Shown piece by piece: positions 22,806 through 34,767 of a DNA stretch of 34,767 nucleotides (position 1 is the first letter of the stretch; every line of letters begins with the position of its first letter). Location of the stretch: the NCBI RefSeq assembly GCF_001194135.2, contig NC_068983.1, forward strand, positions 129,077,468 through 129,112,234, written 5' to 3'. The translations under genes were made by a program, and so were the position numbers. Under the pieces are notes generated by a model. The model did not search any database. It was not told the DNA's origin and saw only the letters and a program-made list of their open reading frames with translations. Source of the stretch: Octopus bimaculoides (lineage: Eukaryota).

Positions 22806-24147
22806 GATAAATTCAGGCCCGTACCTCTGCTCAACGTAGAGCTTAAGATTTTGGCCAACAGTGTTAGCGATGAAACTGGCGCTTGTTGATGATCATTTAG
22901 TTGGGGAGGCGAAAACCTGCACAATTCCAACCAGGTTTATTTATGACAACCTGTACCTAATTGAATAAATCATGGAAAGGGTAAGGTGAAAGCCCGGCTT
23001 CAGAGGGGTGGGGTGGGGGGTTAACCAATTAAGATCAGTCGAAAGCATTCTATAGGGTGGAACATCGGAATCTGGAGGGTGTCCTCAAACGACTCGTTTT
23101 GTCCTCGTCTTCAGAGTTTGGATCACTTGGTGGTCAAACTTAGCCTTGTTCTTGGAAGCTTTCAGATCTCTACATCGGTTCGTGAACGGAGCCATCTCTC
23201 CTCCATTCTGTGCACATTGACTCTTGAGCCTTTATTGCGGAAGCTGAAGCTGCTGCATGAAATTCCGCTCAAACCGGGGCGCAGAATGGCTGTGTCGACT
23301 TGTGTGGAAGACATCACTGTGATGATGTTAAACATCTCAGAAATCGAGGTGGTCACCACCTCATTGGAGGAATAAGAACATTTCACGGGAGCAAAACTTA
23401 ACCCAGAAAAGTCGGTGGGCTTTCAACTCGGAACTTGGGGACGCACGTCCATGCCGTCCAATAGTGTTCTTGGGCGCTGGATGGACGAACCGATAAAGTT
23501 TCTTGGCGTTTGGTTCGGATCAGACGGCCAAGTTGATAAGAATTTAGATGATGTGACAAGCATGGTAGTCTGTCTCTCTCATAAATGGGTTGCAAGGAAG
23601 CTGTCACTGAAAGTTTGGACGGATTTGTCGATGCGTACGTTGCTCCTATCATCCACTACCGTTTCACCGTCATGTCATCCACTGTTCGCGTCTCCCCAAG
23701 CAGGAATGCCTCCTCTCCAAATTCTTGCGGAAGTGACAGGTTCCATTGGTGAGGCCGTCCATCCTGCCAATATACTGTACGTTGAATGCTGAGCATGCCG
23801 TAATGTGCAGACTTGCGCTGATTCTGCGGCATCCCCAGATATTTTGCCTAAACAGTGAAGAATTCTGGTTGACGTTTGTGAAACAGGTCTTTCTCCAGTT
23901 CGTCTCCTTTGCTGCCCTGCACTCATAGCTCAAGAAGAGACCGATACAGGGTGATTGGCATCTAGAATGTTGTCAGGCACTCACAGCCCACCACCAGACG
24001 GGTAATCTGATGAGTGGAACTTCCACTCTCGTGTTCTATAGAGGTTTAGTGTAGGGTAAGAGGAATGACGCACTCAGAGAGACGCCAGGCATCGATGAAG
24101 TCGAAATGACTAGTATGTTCAAGAGGACATTTAACCCGTGCTTATGA
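22806..24147 (+). mobile_element. Tx1/L1-clade LINE ORF2 (RT and downstream region) pseudogene, truncated at both ends
   Basis: DKFRPVPLLNVELKILAN...IYDNLYLI...DQSKAFYRVEH...SVRERSHLSSILCTLTLEPLLRKL...STCVEDITV (decayed YADD)...GAKLNPEKSVGFQLGTW...KFLGVWFG...RKLSLK...IDEVEMTSMFKRTFNP. Multiple stops and frameshifts. Confidence 0.9.
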
Positions 24148-24156
24148 CCACATTCC

Positions 24157-24164
24157 TTCATCAT

Positions 24165-24195
<31 letters not shown>

Positions 24196-24228
24196 AGCAT
24201 TGTTATTATTATTATTATTATTATTATT
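24157..24228. repeat. Compound (CAT)n-(CAG)n-(TTA)n microsatellite
   Basis: Direct reading of the sequence. Confidence 0.95.
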
Positions 24229-24397
24229 GTTCAGTAGTTTTATTTTTATAACGTGCTTTCACTTCACTACCGAGCGCAGCTCTGTTCGCCTTGGCTATGT
24301 GCTGTGGTTTGATGTGGTGCTCTTATAGTTACTGTATTGAAACTGTTTTGCGTAGGATGTGTGCTGTGCCCAGTAGTGCAATTTTCTCTATGTTATT
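24229..24397 (-). mobile_element. 3' end of an R4/Dong-like RLE LINE
   Basis: Minus strand reads IEKIALLGTAHILRKTVSIQ*, then a ~110-nt 3' UTR running directly into (TAA)n. 5' side is cut by gap 24398-24487. Confidence 0.8.
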
Positions 24398-24487
24398 NNN
24401 NNNNNNNNNNNNNNNNNNNNNNNNNNNNNNNNNNNNNNNNNNNNNNNNNNNNNNNNNNNNNNNNNNNNNNNNNNNNNNNNNNNNNNN

Positions 24488-24551
<64 letters not shown>

Positions 24552-24560
24552 TTATTATTA

Positions 24561-24630
<70 letters not shown>

Positions 24631-24635
24631 TATTA
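24488..24635. repeat. (TTA)n microsatellite
   Basis: Direct reading of the sequence. Confidence 0.97.
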
Positions 24636-25447
24636 TTTTATTTTCTTCGTTAAAATTATTTCATCATTATATTTTTAGAATGTTGTTTTTCAGGAAAATG
24701 TCGAATGTTTGAAATTTGAACACATGACACTATATACCCTATAAATATTTAAGGAAATCAGTTCAGAATTTATTTCATAATTGTTTTTGCTTGCATCATC
24801 GTTTTTAAGTTGTACCCTGCATATATTAACTCCGTAGTCGATGCTAATTGCAACATGAAAATAGGTTTAACTGTGTATCTGCAAAAAGAGATGAAAAGAC
24901 ATTATACTGAATATAGGGGTAATATTAACATATATTCAAAATATTATCTATGAACATTCAAGCTTTTCTGATCATTCAAACTATTTCATACGTCACTTCA
25001 AAGTATCTTGCATATATAAAAGCATCTTTATTCATGATATTGTTGCTTTACTGTTTCTGTGTGTTTAGATTTGAATTTATTGCAGAAAAATTTGGGCGAC
25101 GGAATATCGCTGTGAACCTAGGGTACCTGAACTCACAGTTCGGATTTCAAACCCCGTTTAGGTTTACTATCTTTAATTCTTCGAGAGGTGATAACATAAA
25201 GTATTAGTATAGTTAAATTGCAGGATTTATACTTATAGCAGAACGCATTGAAGTAGGGTAACAGCCTGAGACCTGGGAATTTCGGTAAAAATGATTTGTA
25301 GTAATAGCTCCAGCTTTTATGCTTTTGTTAGTTTAAAATCCGTTCCTCCAAGATAAACTTAGGTATTTAACCTGCATGTGTAGATAAAATAAAGTACGTA
25401 TCACATACACGAGTCAAGGTAATCCACTAAGAATATCTACCGAAAAT

Positions 25448-25600
25448 GAGTGGCAGAAATCTTAGTACAGCGGACAAGAATCTTAGTTATACTTTGTCAC
25501 TTTTTATGTTCTGAGTTAAAATTCTGTGGAATTGGATTTTTGTCCTTCGTTATTTCGGCGCCGGAAAGTACCAATGGAGTCCTGGGATGGATGTGATGCA
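25448..25600 (+). mobile_element. SINE family A, degraded copy
   Basis: GAGTGGCAGAAATCTTAGTAC...TTTATGTTCTGAGTTAAAATTC...TTTCGGCGCCGGAAAGTACCA...CCTGGGATGGATGTGAT is collinear with the other copies. Confidence 0.6.
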
Positions 25601-25649
25601 CTATTCTACCCACCAGACTGCTTGTCATGTTTCGAAATTAGACACACTT

Positions 25650-25652
25650 AAT

Positions 25653-25683
<31 letters not shown>

Positions 25684-25783
25684 GCGACGACGACGACGAC
25701 GACGACGATGATGATGATGATGATGACGATGATGACGACGACGATGATAATAATAATAATGATAATAATTCCAATAACTATTG

Positions 25784-25848
<65 letters not shown>
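25650..25848. repeat. Compound (AAC)-(GAC)-(GAT)-(AAT)-(TAT) microsatellite
   Basis: Direct reading of the sequence. Confidence 0.97.
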
Positions 25849-25850
<2 letters not shown>

Positions 25851-27190
25851 AGCCCTGCAGACGATTCTTAATTACAGGCTATACTTTATCAGAAAGCAGG
25901 CAACAACAAATTCCCAACAATTCAAGTAGTTCCTTCTCTTGTGACTCAAAGTGACAATACTCTCCTTAGAATGCAAGCTGTACCCAACAATGCTGTCTAC
26001 TCGATCACCTCATGCCTGACAGCAGCACCTACATTCTGAATACCACCGGTGTTTCAATTATGTTACTCATGCCGCATAACGTTCGTATCTCCTCCCGTAG
26101 TGGCTGGTATTTCTCAATGTTTTGTGTTTACTTATATTTCCCCCGCTAATCGCCTGGTATGGCAAGATATATTATCATTACTTCTTTTACATGTTTGGGG
26201 GTGATCACGATATCTGGTCGTTTCGCCTATGTGACTTGGTCGCACTGTATATTAAAATCCCTGAGTATTTTGTAATGTTTGTTTTCCATTATTCCCTCTG
26301 GTTCGTGTTCATACCATTGTTCGGCTCTCTCGAAATTTGCTTTACCGCACAACAGCCAGTGGACATATCTGGCTATATTGCCGTGTCCCCTGTTACATTC
26401 GCATTTACAGAATTCACTAACAACTTGGCTTATATCCTCTCCCTTCTCAGAGCACACCATACACTGTGGTGATTCAGTGATTTATCAATATGATATTTGG
26501 AATAGTTTGCTTCGAGAGCTCGTTTATGAACGCTGCACACTAATACCTCAGTGGGCGCATTTACGTCTCCTTTCTACAGCCATTGCCAGGTTCTATTCCA
26601 ATCAAACTCATGTTTATTCTTCAAAAACTGACTGTGTATGTTCTTGTCCTGCCAAATTTTATTTCTCTGCTCCATCTGTCCTTTCATAAATTATATTGGA
26701 TCGACAGCTTCGTTCACTTTGAAGGCACCCAGCATTTTCACTGCATCAATCATTTCTTCTTTACTCCCCTTTACATACCGGGCCAGGCTATTCTCCTTTT
26801 CCTTTACATAACCTTCATAACACACTAATCCCCGTCCTCCCTACCTTCTCTTTAAATACAATCTTGACACATCACTTTTGGGTTGTAGTTCCATGTTCAT
26901 TGTCATTAATTTACGTGTTCTCCGACCCATCTCTTGTAATTCCTGCTGCTTCTAAGTTACTTTTTCTGCCCATTTTCTCATCAAAGCAACAGCGCACGTG
27001 TTAATGGCTTTAATCGTATAGCGGTCAGCTAACTTCGATTGGAGCACAGGCCGATTCTCTGCAAATACACTTTCCTGTACATTTCTTTCATATTGTGTTC
27101 ATTCATCTTATCTCTTTCAATGATATCCAGGTGCTTGTATCCTTATAATAACCAAGAATACTCAGGTATTTTTATATCCTTATTATACCC
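25849..27190 (-). mobile_element. 5'-truncated R4/Dong-like RLE LINE (RT thumb, zinc-knuckle region, restriction-like endonuclease, 3' UTR)
   Basis: GYKHLDIIERD...VLQSKL...KAINTCAV...SDVSRLYLKRR*GGRGL...CMVCSEKGEDISQVVSEFCK...HGNIARYVHW...EHEPEGIMENKHYKILRDFNIQCD...KRPDIV...IEKYQPLREEI...LLGTACILRRVL. The 3' end abuts (TAA)n. Confidence 0.9.
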
Positions 27191-27196
27191 AAGATA

Positions 27197-27366
<170 letters not shown>

Positions 27367-27970
27367 GCCTTTGCTCAGCTTCTAACGCTGGAGATTATTA
27401 CTGTGTCAGCTGCTCATTACCAGAGAACTAAGGTAACGCCTCTTATTTTTCGAACACCTTTTTTGTTCCACGTACTTCTCGAGACTTTTGCTCACTGTTC
27501 CCAGGGCTCCGACAATTATTGGTAATACTGCTACCTTTTTTTCAACGACCACAACTCCTTAACTTCCCAAGCTAACCTGTCATATCTCTCAATTTTTCTT
27601 TCTTCCTGATCGCATAACTTGTTGTCAGCTGTGCATGCTATATCTATGATCCAGCATCGTTTGCTTTCTTTGACAATTAACCTTATGTCTGGTTTCGTAT
27701 TCTCTATTTCAGGGTCGTACTGAATCATAAAATACCATAGGATCTTTGCATTAGCATTTTCGATGATGCCTTCGGGTTTATGTTCGTACTGCATTTTTGC
27801 TCTGTCAAGTCCATACTTGCTGGAAAGTGTCTAAGTGGGAATCCTTGCTATATTGTCATGACGTCTCTCATTACATTCTTTCAGAGCTAGTGGCATACAT
27901 TGACTGGTAATATGCCATACGGTTTCACCATTTTGTTCACTAAAATCACTTTTAGTCATCCGTAGCCATC
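27367..27970 (-). mobile_element. 5'-truncated R4/Dong-like RLE LINE from a different subfamily
   Basis: GETVWHITSQC..L...E..RRHDNIARI...EHKPEGIIENANAKILWYFMIQYD...KPDIRLIVKESKRCWIIDIAC...EERKIERYDRLAWEVKELWSL...PIIVGALGTV. The 3' end abuts (TAA)n. Confidence 0.9.
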
Positions 27971-27976
27971 TTTTTT

Positions 27977-28225
27977 GCTCATTCAATTCATTTCTTGGTA
28001 TTACAGGGTCGTGTAAAAGTAATGAAACCTATAAATGCGCAGCCACTTACATAATTTACTGGCAACATCACATAAACTCTCCGTGGTATGCTTATCATAT
28101 TATAATGTAATAGATTTATAAGCATCATCGTCATCATCATCATTCTTCTTCTTCTTCTTCTTCTTCTTCTTCTTCTTCTTCTTCTTCTTCTTCTTCTTCT
28201 TCTTCTTCTTCTTCTTCTTCTTCTT

Positions 28226-28256
<31 letters not shown>

Positions 28257-28275
28257 TTGTTATTATTATTAATCC

Positions 28276-28356
<81 letters not shown>

Positions 28357-28745
28357 CAGCACTTTTTCTTTTTTGCGTAGTAGCTACTCTTTGGATATTT
28401 ACATATCCTTACGGAAGACACACGTGCGAAACATTCTGTAGACATGAAGGCGAGAAACATATTACATAGAATTTGGGAACTATTATGGATGTTTCTACAT
28501 ATAACAGCAACAATGCCACCCAATGTATGAAAAAAAAAAACTATAACAACAAAACTGTAAGACAATTCAAAATATAGAAATGAAATGTAATTATTCATGC
28601 TTATAGATCTATTACACTATAATATGATAAACTTAGCACGAAGAATATACTTGATATTGCCAGTAAATTCTGTCGGTGGCTGCGCATTCATAGTTTTCAT
28701 TATCTTTGCACTACCCTGTAATACCAAGAAATAAATTGATTGAGC
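27977..28745. repeat. Inverted repeat pair with 149-bp arms (27977-28125 and 28597-28745), foldback or MITE-like
   Basis: Ungapped hand alignment gives about 127/149 identities. TA-CAGGGT at 28002-28009 and ACCCTG-TA at 28713-28720 lie inside the arms. Confidence 0.9.
28126..28358. repeat. Compound (CAT)-(TTC)-(TTA)-(TAG)-(CAG) microsatellite
   Basis: Direct reading of the sequence. Confidence 0.97.
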
Positions 28746-29929
28746 GAAAAGACGGAAAAGCAATATTGGCAGATGTGAGCATAGCAAGTTTAACTTCAAC
28801 TGCAGATGCACTCCACTAACAATCAAATCAGCAGAACTCATGTGCATGATACCAATCATTATTTTGTTATTATATTCCTGCTTGCAGGACAGTAGTACAA
28901 ACTTCTTATTTACTTTTTCTTCACTTTGATAAGTTTCTGTTCTCTAACATAACTGCTGAGTAGAGACGAAAGAGTGTTTAAAACTTGTTATTACATTTGA
29001 TAAGGTAATTAATGTCCTCGTCTTAATCAACCAACGACAAAAAATATCCATCACTCACGCTAGCAGCACAGTAGTATGTTACTACGAACCAGTGAGTGGA
29101 CCATTACTCGTGCTCTCTACTTGCGGGAAAGAGCAGCGGAACTCCCTCAAATGACGACATAACATAGTAAAACGACGAAGCAGAAGCATAGACAACAATT
29201 TTAAATTAGAATGCCATTTTTTTAAAGGTTTATGACACATCTAATTGAAAGCTAGGGCGAGTTACGTTTCAATGGATGACTAGCAAATGTCCATGCTTGC
29301 AAGCATCTCCACTTCATGCCACCGATTTGGAAAGTACGTTAACTTACGTTCACACTATGTGGCATAAGTGCCACACTGTAAGGACCCCCTGACGTTGCAG
29401 TCAAAACACATATTGCGACAACATCATTGCGCGGTATCTTGCCCAATATACGTCCAAGTAAGCCAACCCATTATGCACGACTGAATCTATAGTCGATGTA
29501 AATTGCTAAAATGTGAATTTTGAGTGTGGTAGTATTTCAATGCAGAGCACTGAATATAGGAATTTAAAATGCAGTGCATGTTTAACTACTCTATCCAAAG
29601 TTATTAAGTTTGTCTATATATTACTCTTGGAATATAATAAAGTAAATTTCAAAATACACAAATAAATACCACACAATGCTACACTAACAGCCAAAATATT
29701 TATAATAAACCAAAACTGGTCACTATATTATCAACACTAACAGACACCAAAAATGAACGGAATGCTCTTAACAAACACATAGACGGTTAGTATTTTCATC
29801 AGCCTTATTATTATTGTTGTCTACGTTTTTAATTATAACGTGTGTTTAAATTTCATTGTTTTGACAAGACCTTCCTTGTCTGAAAATCTAATCCTCCTCT
29901 TTATTTTTCAGTTAAATAGCGAACGGATT

Positions 29930-31065
29930 GGACAACAGAAAATCACGGAAAAACAGAATCTTTCCGTCATTTTTGTTTTGGCGCATATCGGGCACATTGC
30001 CAATATAACAGTGAAGTTGAAGAAACTACCAAAAGTAAGAGTTTATAGTGTGTATAAACAATTTAAAAAGAGGGTAAGGTTGATAGAAAAGAACACAAGA
30101 CTCGAAGTGATTCCAGGTGCAATCAAACTTTGTCGCTCGTCTCAAACGCTCGATTGAAGCCAACCCATCCATATTGATGACAAGTCTTGCAAACAGATGT
30201 AATTTGTCCCTTTCCATGGTGTCCAGAACTGTGAACAGGGACCTTGGCATGCTATATTCTACGAGGCCGTCACTTTCTAACAAAGAAGACCAAAGTAATC
30301 AGAGCCAAGAGATGCCCAAATACTCTGTCATTAATCAATATTCAAGGTGCAGGAAAAGCGCTTGTATTTGTGCGAAGAATGTTCACTGTGAACGCTGAGG
30401 TGAATGGCAGGAATTATCAAGGCATTGTATACAATCCTTCTGATGTTCCCCTGTGTTTGAGACTAAGAATACTGCCTCTCTGAAGGCATTTGGATCCGTG
30501 ATGATTGATGGAAGTGTTATAGATCCACACTCCATTGAGCCTGGCTTCAAGATCTACGCAAAGGAGCATCTCGCCATCGCGAAGAACTGTCTGGTGCCTT
30601 GGGTGGACCAGAAGTTTGGGATTCACAACGTGGTACTCATCCAGGATTCTGCACCATGCCACAGGTCAAAAGCAACACAGGCGTACCTTGTTGAGAAGGT
30701 GCCATGTTTCGTGAGAGTCAATATGTGGCCCGGTAATAGCCCAGATTTCAACCTTCCCGATAACATTTTATGGGGCGTACTTCAAACAATGATTCAATAT
30801 ACTCGAGTGTCAACTGTTTGACCACTTTCATCGTGCGTGCGACACGCAAAATAAAAAAAGAATCGGAGGTTACTGCAGCAGCAAAACAATTTTCTTCACG
30901 TGTGGAGGCAGTAATTGCCCAAAAGTGCGGCCATATTTAGTGATAAATGTTTTCGTTGTAATAAATGTGACATTAATATTATATCTGTCTACTACCATTG
31001 TTTATTATTTATAATCAGTTTTATGCACCGTAAAACTTGTCTCAATTTATCTGCAAGACCATGTA
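29930..31065 (+). mobile_element. Tc1/mariner maT-type (DD37D) transposon fossil with frameshifted transposase
   Basis: HTH region RLKRSIEANPSILMTSLANRCNLSLSMVSRTVNRDLG; catalytic region IQDSAPCHRSKATQAYL...MWPGNSPDFNLPDNILWG with 37 residues between the D of QD and the final D. The first catalytic D is lost (FVRRMFTV, cf. FxDEKxFTV). Right end ...TTTATCTGCAAGACCATG-TA (31064-31065) is TIR-like; left TIR not found. Confidence 0.85.
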
Positions 31066-31878
31066 TGTAATGTATCCAGCAATATACAATACATTTATGG
31101 ATTTGCTTTCAGCTCATTAAAGTTTCACTGCACATAGTAAATGCAATCATCGCTTTTCTATTACAAAAAAAAAAAAAAGATATTAGAGCCCAAATCTGAC
31201 TACACTGTAACAGTAGCCGACGACACGTACTGGCGCAAAAATTTATGCATTTTATGAACGATGACGCCATTCTTGATCCTGGAGTGGTGAGCTGTATTTT
31301 CACACATAGTGTCTGTAAGAAGAATTTTCACTGACGATAAAACTTCTGCGGCCAATAACATATATGCATATATTCTCCCATAATTTTCTAACCTTTGCTT
31401 CGCGTAACTCTAATTTCAGCTCGTCAAATCTATCTGCACATCAGCAAATATATCATTTGCCTTACTAATATCACAGCACAATGAAAGGACACAGGTGTAT
31501 CTTCCCTTGGGTCATATAATATAATTCATATAACAATGGTCTGATTTCAACAAATATTGTTGATAAGGAGAAAGCTTTACTTTTATGACAATTAGATTGA
31601 ATTTCTTGTCATAATCATGTCTACACGTATGTTAAATATGATTCTTTACAACTTTTCACGTAGATGACTACGTGACATTAGTATCTCGACTAGTTTAACA
31701 AGTCAAATATGTTCACCTACTTCCTTCTGTACTAACTTGATCAGAACTAAGCAATTGGCACTAAATTAACTCTGTAACGAAGCCTATTTTTTGTTTGGAT
31801 TTTTCTTCTGAATCTTAGAACAGACGTTGATTTTCACCTCCAAGTATCTCTAAGAAATATAACGACGTAAGTCAGCAT

Positions 31879-31881
<3 letters not shown>

Positions 31882-31958
<77 letters not shown>
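31882..31958. repeat. (CA)n microsatellite
   Basis: Direct reading of the sequence. Confidence 0.98.
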
Positions 31959-31962
<4 letters not shown>

Positions 31963-34438
31963 TATATGTACGCATGTATGTATATATGTGTGTACGTATA
32001 TATAATTTCTTTTTATAGACGTAAGTATTTTTATTGTTGTTTTTTCATATTTTGATGCTTCTTTATATCGATTCACAGAAAGCGATGCTTCTACACGTAA
32101 TATTTTGCGTGAATTTAAAGCTAGAGGTGGATATTTATCGGTCACAGAAGCTCTGGTAGGAATGTTAGGAGCTGAAGATTCGACGTTTAATATTTTGATA
32201 CTTATTGGCTTGTATAACAAGACAGTCCTAACGTAGTAAATCTGCGCGAATCCTAGAAAAGTCTGATGCTATTGATCGCTAAGACGACAATGGTGTGAAC
32301 GATGTTTTAATGCTGAAGATTATACTGTACGTGCTGCTGATGATGATGACGACAATATCAATGACGTGGATGTTAATACTGACAACCGCGACAGCGTCGA
32401 TGATAATCATAATGGCGACCACTACGTTGTGAGCACCCTCCAGCTAGTAATATTAGGTGCCTTGTTATAGTGTTTCTTAGTTTCAGAGCTTTCTAAATTC
32501 AGAGGACTTAAGCTTAACGCCGTTACATCCAAAGCAACCTATATCTGTTTGGAGCTCGCATACTGTTCTCTATCTATTTTATTAATAATAGACCTTGGTC
32601 GGATCCGAAGATATCTGGTATCAATTTCTAAACTAGAGCTTGCACTTCTTGTCAAAAATGATTTACGCGCAAATAGTCTAGCTTCGATTGGTCACCAAAG
32701 AAGTGTAAAAGAAATACAAGAAAGCAAAATTTGTTATCTCTGACACATTTGCTTTACTTTAGAAGTAACTCGTCAATTTCTTCAATCACTCTGAGTCCTG
32801 TTATATGCCACTTCTTTTTTCACGGTTAAGATTATCTACCAACGTCGTTAAATGTGACTCTTTATATTTGTTTTTTCTTTCCTTCGAAAAATCTTGTATA
32901 TTTTCGCTATATGTTACATGGCAGTCATCCACGCACTCGCGCAAACGAATATGTACGTATGAATGTATGCATATGCGTGAGCAAGTGTGTGTGAATGTGT
33001 GTGTTAGTGTGCGTGTGCGTGCCCGCGTGTGTGTGTGTGTGTGTTTCTAAATTGTTAGCACGTATCATATTAATTTTCCTTCGCTGGCACTGGATAAAAA
33101 ATATTTTTATGAGAATAATGAAACAGTATGGCAAGTTAGTTCACTGAATTTCTGAAAATGTTATGCAAATTACCTAAGTAGAGATAAATTAAAGACAATT
33201 TCGTTTGAAAGTCACATTCGAACTTTCGAAAAGTATCTCAAATTCGATTTTTTACGGAGTGAAATCAAAAACAAAAGCAAAAATATTAAAAAAAAAACAC
33301 AGAAAACCAGCATTTTCTCGATAACATTATTACATTGAAATGTTTTAACAAATTGGTGGTAAGAGGTGAAAGAATATCACATGAACAGATTACTTATAGA
33401 CAATTCACTCTCATTTAATTTGGATGCGTCAAAGAGATGTACGATGTTTTGATCCAGTTACAAGTGAAGTAATTCAGCGGAAGTATAGTCCATTAGAAGA
33501 GGAGACACATCTTTCGCACAACAGAAATCTACTATGTTGGAAAATTTAAATAATTCGTGAGATACGTACATCTTTCCTTTTACAGAATACAGATATACTA
33601 TGAACTTTGATAGAATAATTCAGCGCTGTATATTGTCAATGGGAGAAGTTCTGTTTTTGTTTTCTTCTGTACAAGTATTTTAGCAGTAACTTTGCAATCA
33701 ACGTGTATTTTGACTCAAGAAAAGGGTATAAGTATAAACTGATCAAATTCCTTTGAACTGATTTATTTAACTGCATTGCATCTGAAATAATTGTTCTCTT
33801 ATTAAGCAATAAAGGAATGGTTCTTGTCAGTTAGGTCTACTAAAGTGAATAAATTTAAAATATCCATTACATCAATGCCTCTATACTCGGCCAATAACCT
33901 CAGCAAAAACAGAACCCAAGTCGGTGATAAAGTATCATATAAAAATATAAATGTAGACAAAATAGAGCTATTAACTCCATAACTTGATATTTCGCTATCA
34001 ATGTTCACTAACATGATCATCCGTAGCTCTTCGGTGAAGTCGTTCCAGGACACATAATTTACGGAACTAGATGCAAAACGTCCTCGCGACATAGAACATG
34101 CATAAAATTTCGCCAATTATGTATCTAGATCCTTATTAAAATGTCCACATGCTGGCGCGCTAAGACCGCAAAGGACTCTGCGTTTAATAGATTTCTGCAG
34201 CAAATCCACAGGCTTGAGAAAAGAGCTATGCAAAAGTTAAATAATGATGGTACAAATTAATATCCATAACAAAAAATACAATTTTTGGTATTGCTGTCGG
34301 CTTCTGACAGCCGACAACCCGGTTGATTTCAGTGTATTTTGGCGTTTTAAAGAGCTTTGAGTGTTGTTTCCAGCAGGTAGACTTACTTAGTATGTCCTTT
34401 GATTAATTTTGATACATGTATATGTATTTATTCTATTA

Positions 34439-34767
34439 TTCTTTTAATTGTATCAGTCATTTGACTGCGGCCATGTTAGAACATGGCGAATCGACTCCAG
34501 AATTTATTATTTGTATGCTTAGTGTTTATTCTAACGGTCTCTTTTGCCAAGCCACTGTTACGTGGACGTAAACACACCAACATAGGTTGTCAAGCAATGG
34601 TAGGGGGACAAGCGGACACACAAACACACACACACAGATTCATACATACATATATACACACCCACACACACACATACACACACACACACGCATACATATA
34701 CACATATATACACATACATATACATATATATACATATATATACATATATATACATACATACATACAT
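34439..34767 (-). mobile_element. SINE family B, 3' half plus internal microsatellite, cut by the window end
   Basis: Reverse complement contains TTGCTTGACAACCTATGTTGGTGTGTTTACGTCCACGTAAC...GGCAAAAGAGACCGTTAGAATAA...CATGGCCGCAGTCAAATGACTGA, matching the 3' half of 7480-8020; CA/TA repeats run from about 34615 to the end. Confidence 0.8.

Noticed and set aside
24007-24030. Second CTGATGA followed by a GAGTGGA/TCCACTC hairpin
   Set aside because: No GAAA follows, and the site lies inside LINE ORF2 coding remnant.
33400-33560. Open stretch TIHSHLIWMRQRDVRCFDPVTSEVIQRKYSPLEGDTSFAQQKSTMLENLNNS* after a TAG
   Set aside because: About 52 codons, weak acceptor and no recognisable homology; within chance expectation.
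33802-34116. 104-aa minus-strand ORF
   Set aside because: No start context, splice sites or domain motif that I can support.

Overview
Eukaryotic, strongly AT-rich, repeat-saturated genomic DNA with seven N-gaps, each flanked by microsatellites (short-read assembly signature). The SINE families, the R4/Dong-type LINEs and the microsatellite density suggest an octopus genome (inference from recall, not a database hit). I find no intact host gene and no RNA gene; nearly all listed ORFs are microsatellite translations or pieces of dead transposons. Supported content: two Tx1/L1-clade LINE remnants (1-891, 22806-24147); a Gypsy LTR-retrotransposon remnant with RT joined directly to integrase (about 2556-4480, minus); three R4/Dong-like RLE LINE fragments, all minus strand and all ending in (TAA)n (24.2-28.0 kb); a D37D (maT-type) Tc1/mariner fossil (29930-31065) plus a 5' fragment of another; at least eight copies of two SINE families; and many simple and compound microsatellites. 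The most notable unexplained structures are a 340-bp near-perfect palindrome (941-1280), a 149-bp ungapped inverted repeat pair with internal TA-CAGGGT transposon-like ends (27977-28745), and a diverged ~200-240-bp direct repeat (17341 and 19828). I do not see a clearly new biological system; the findings are transposon and repeat architecture leads.
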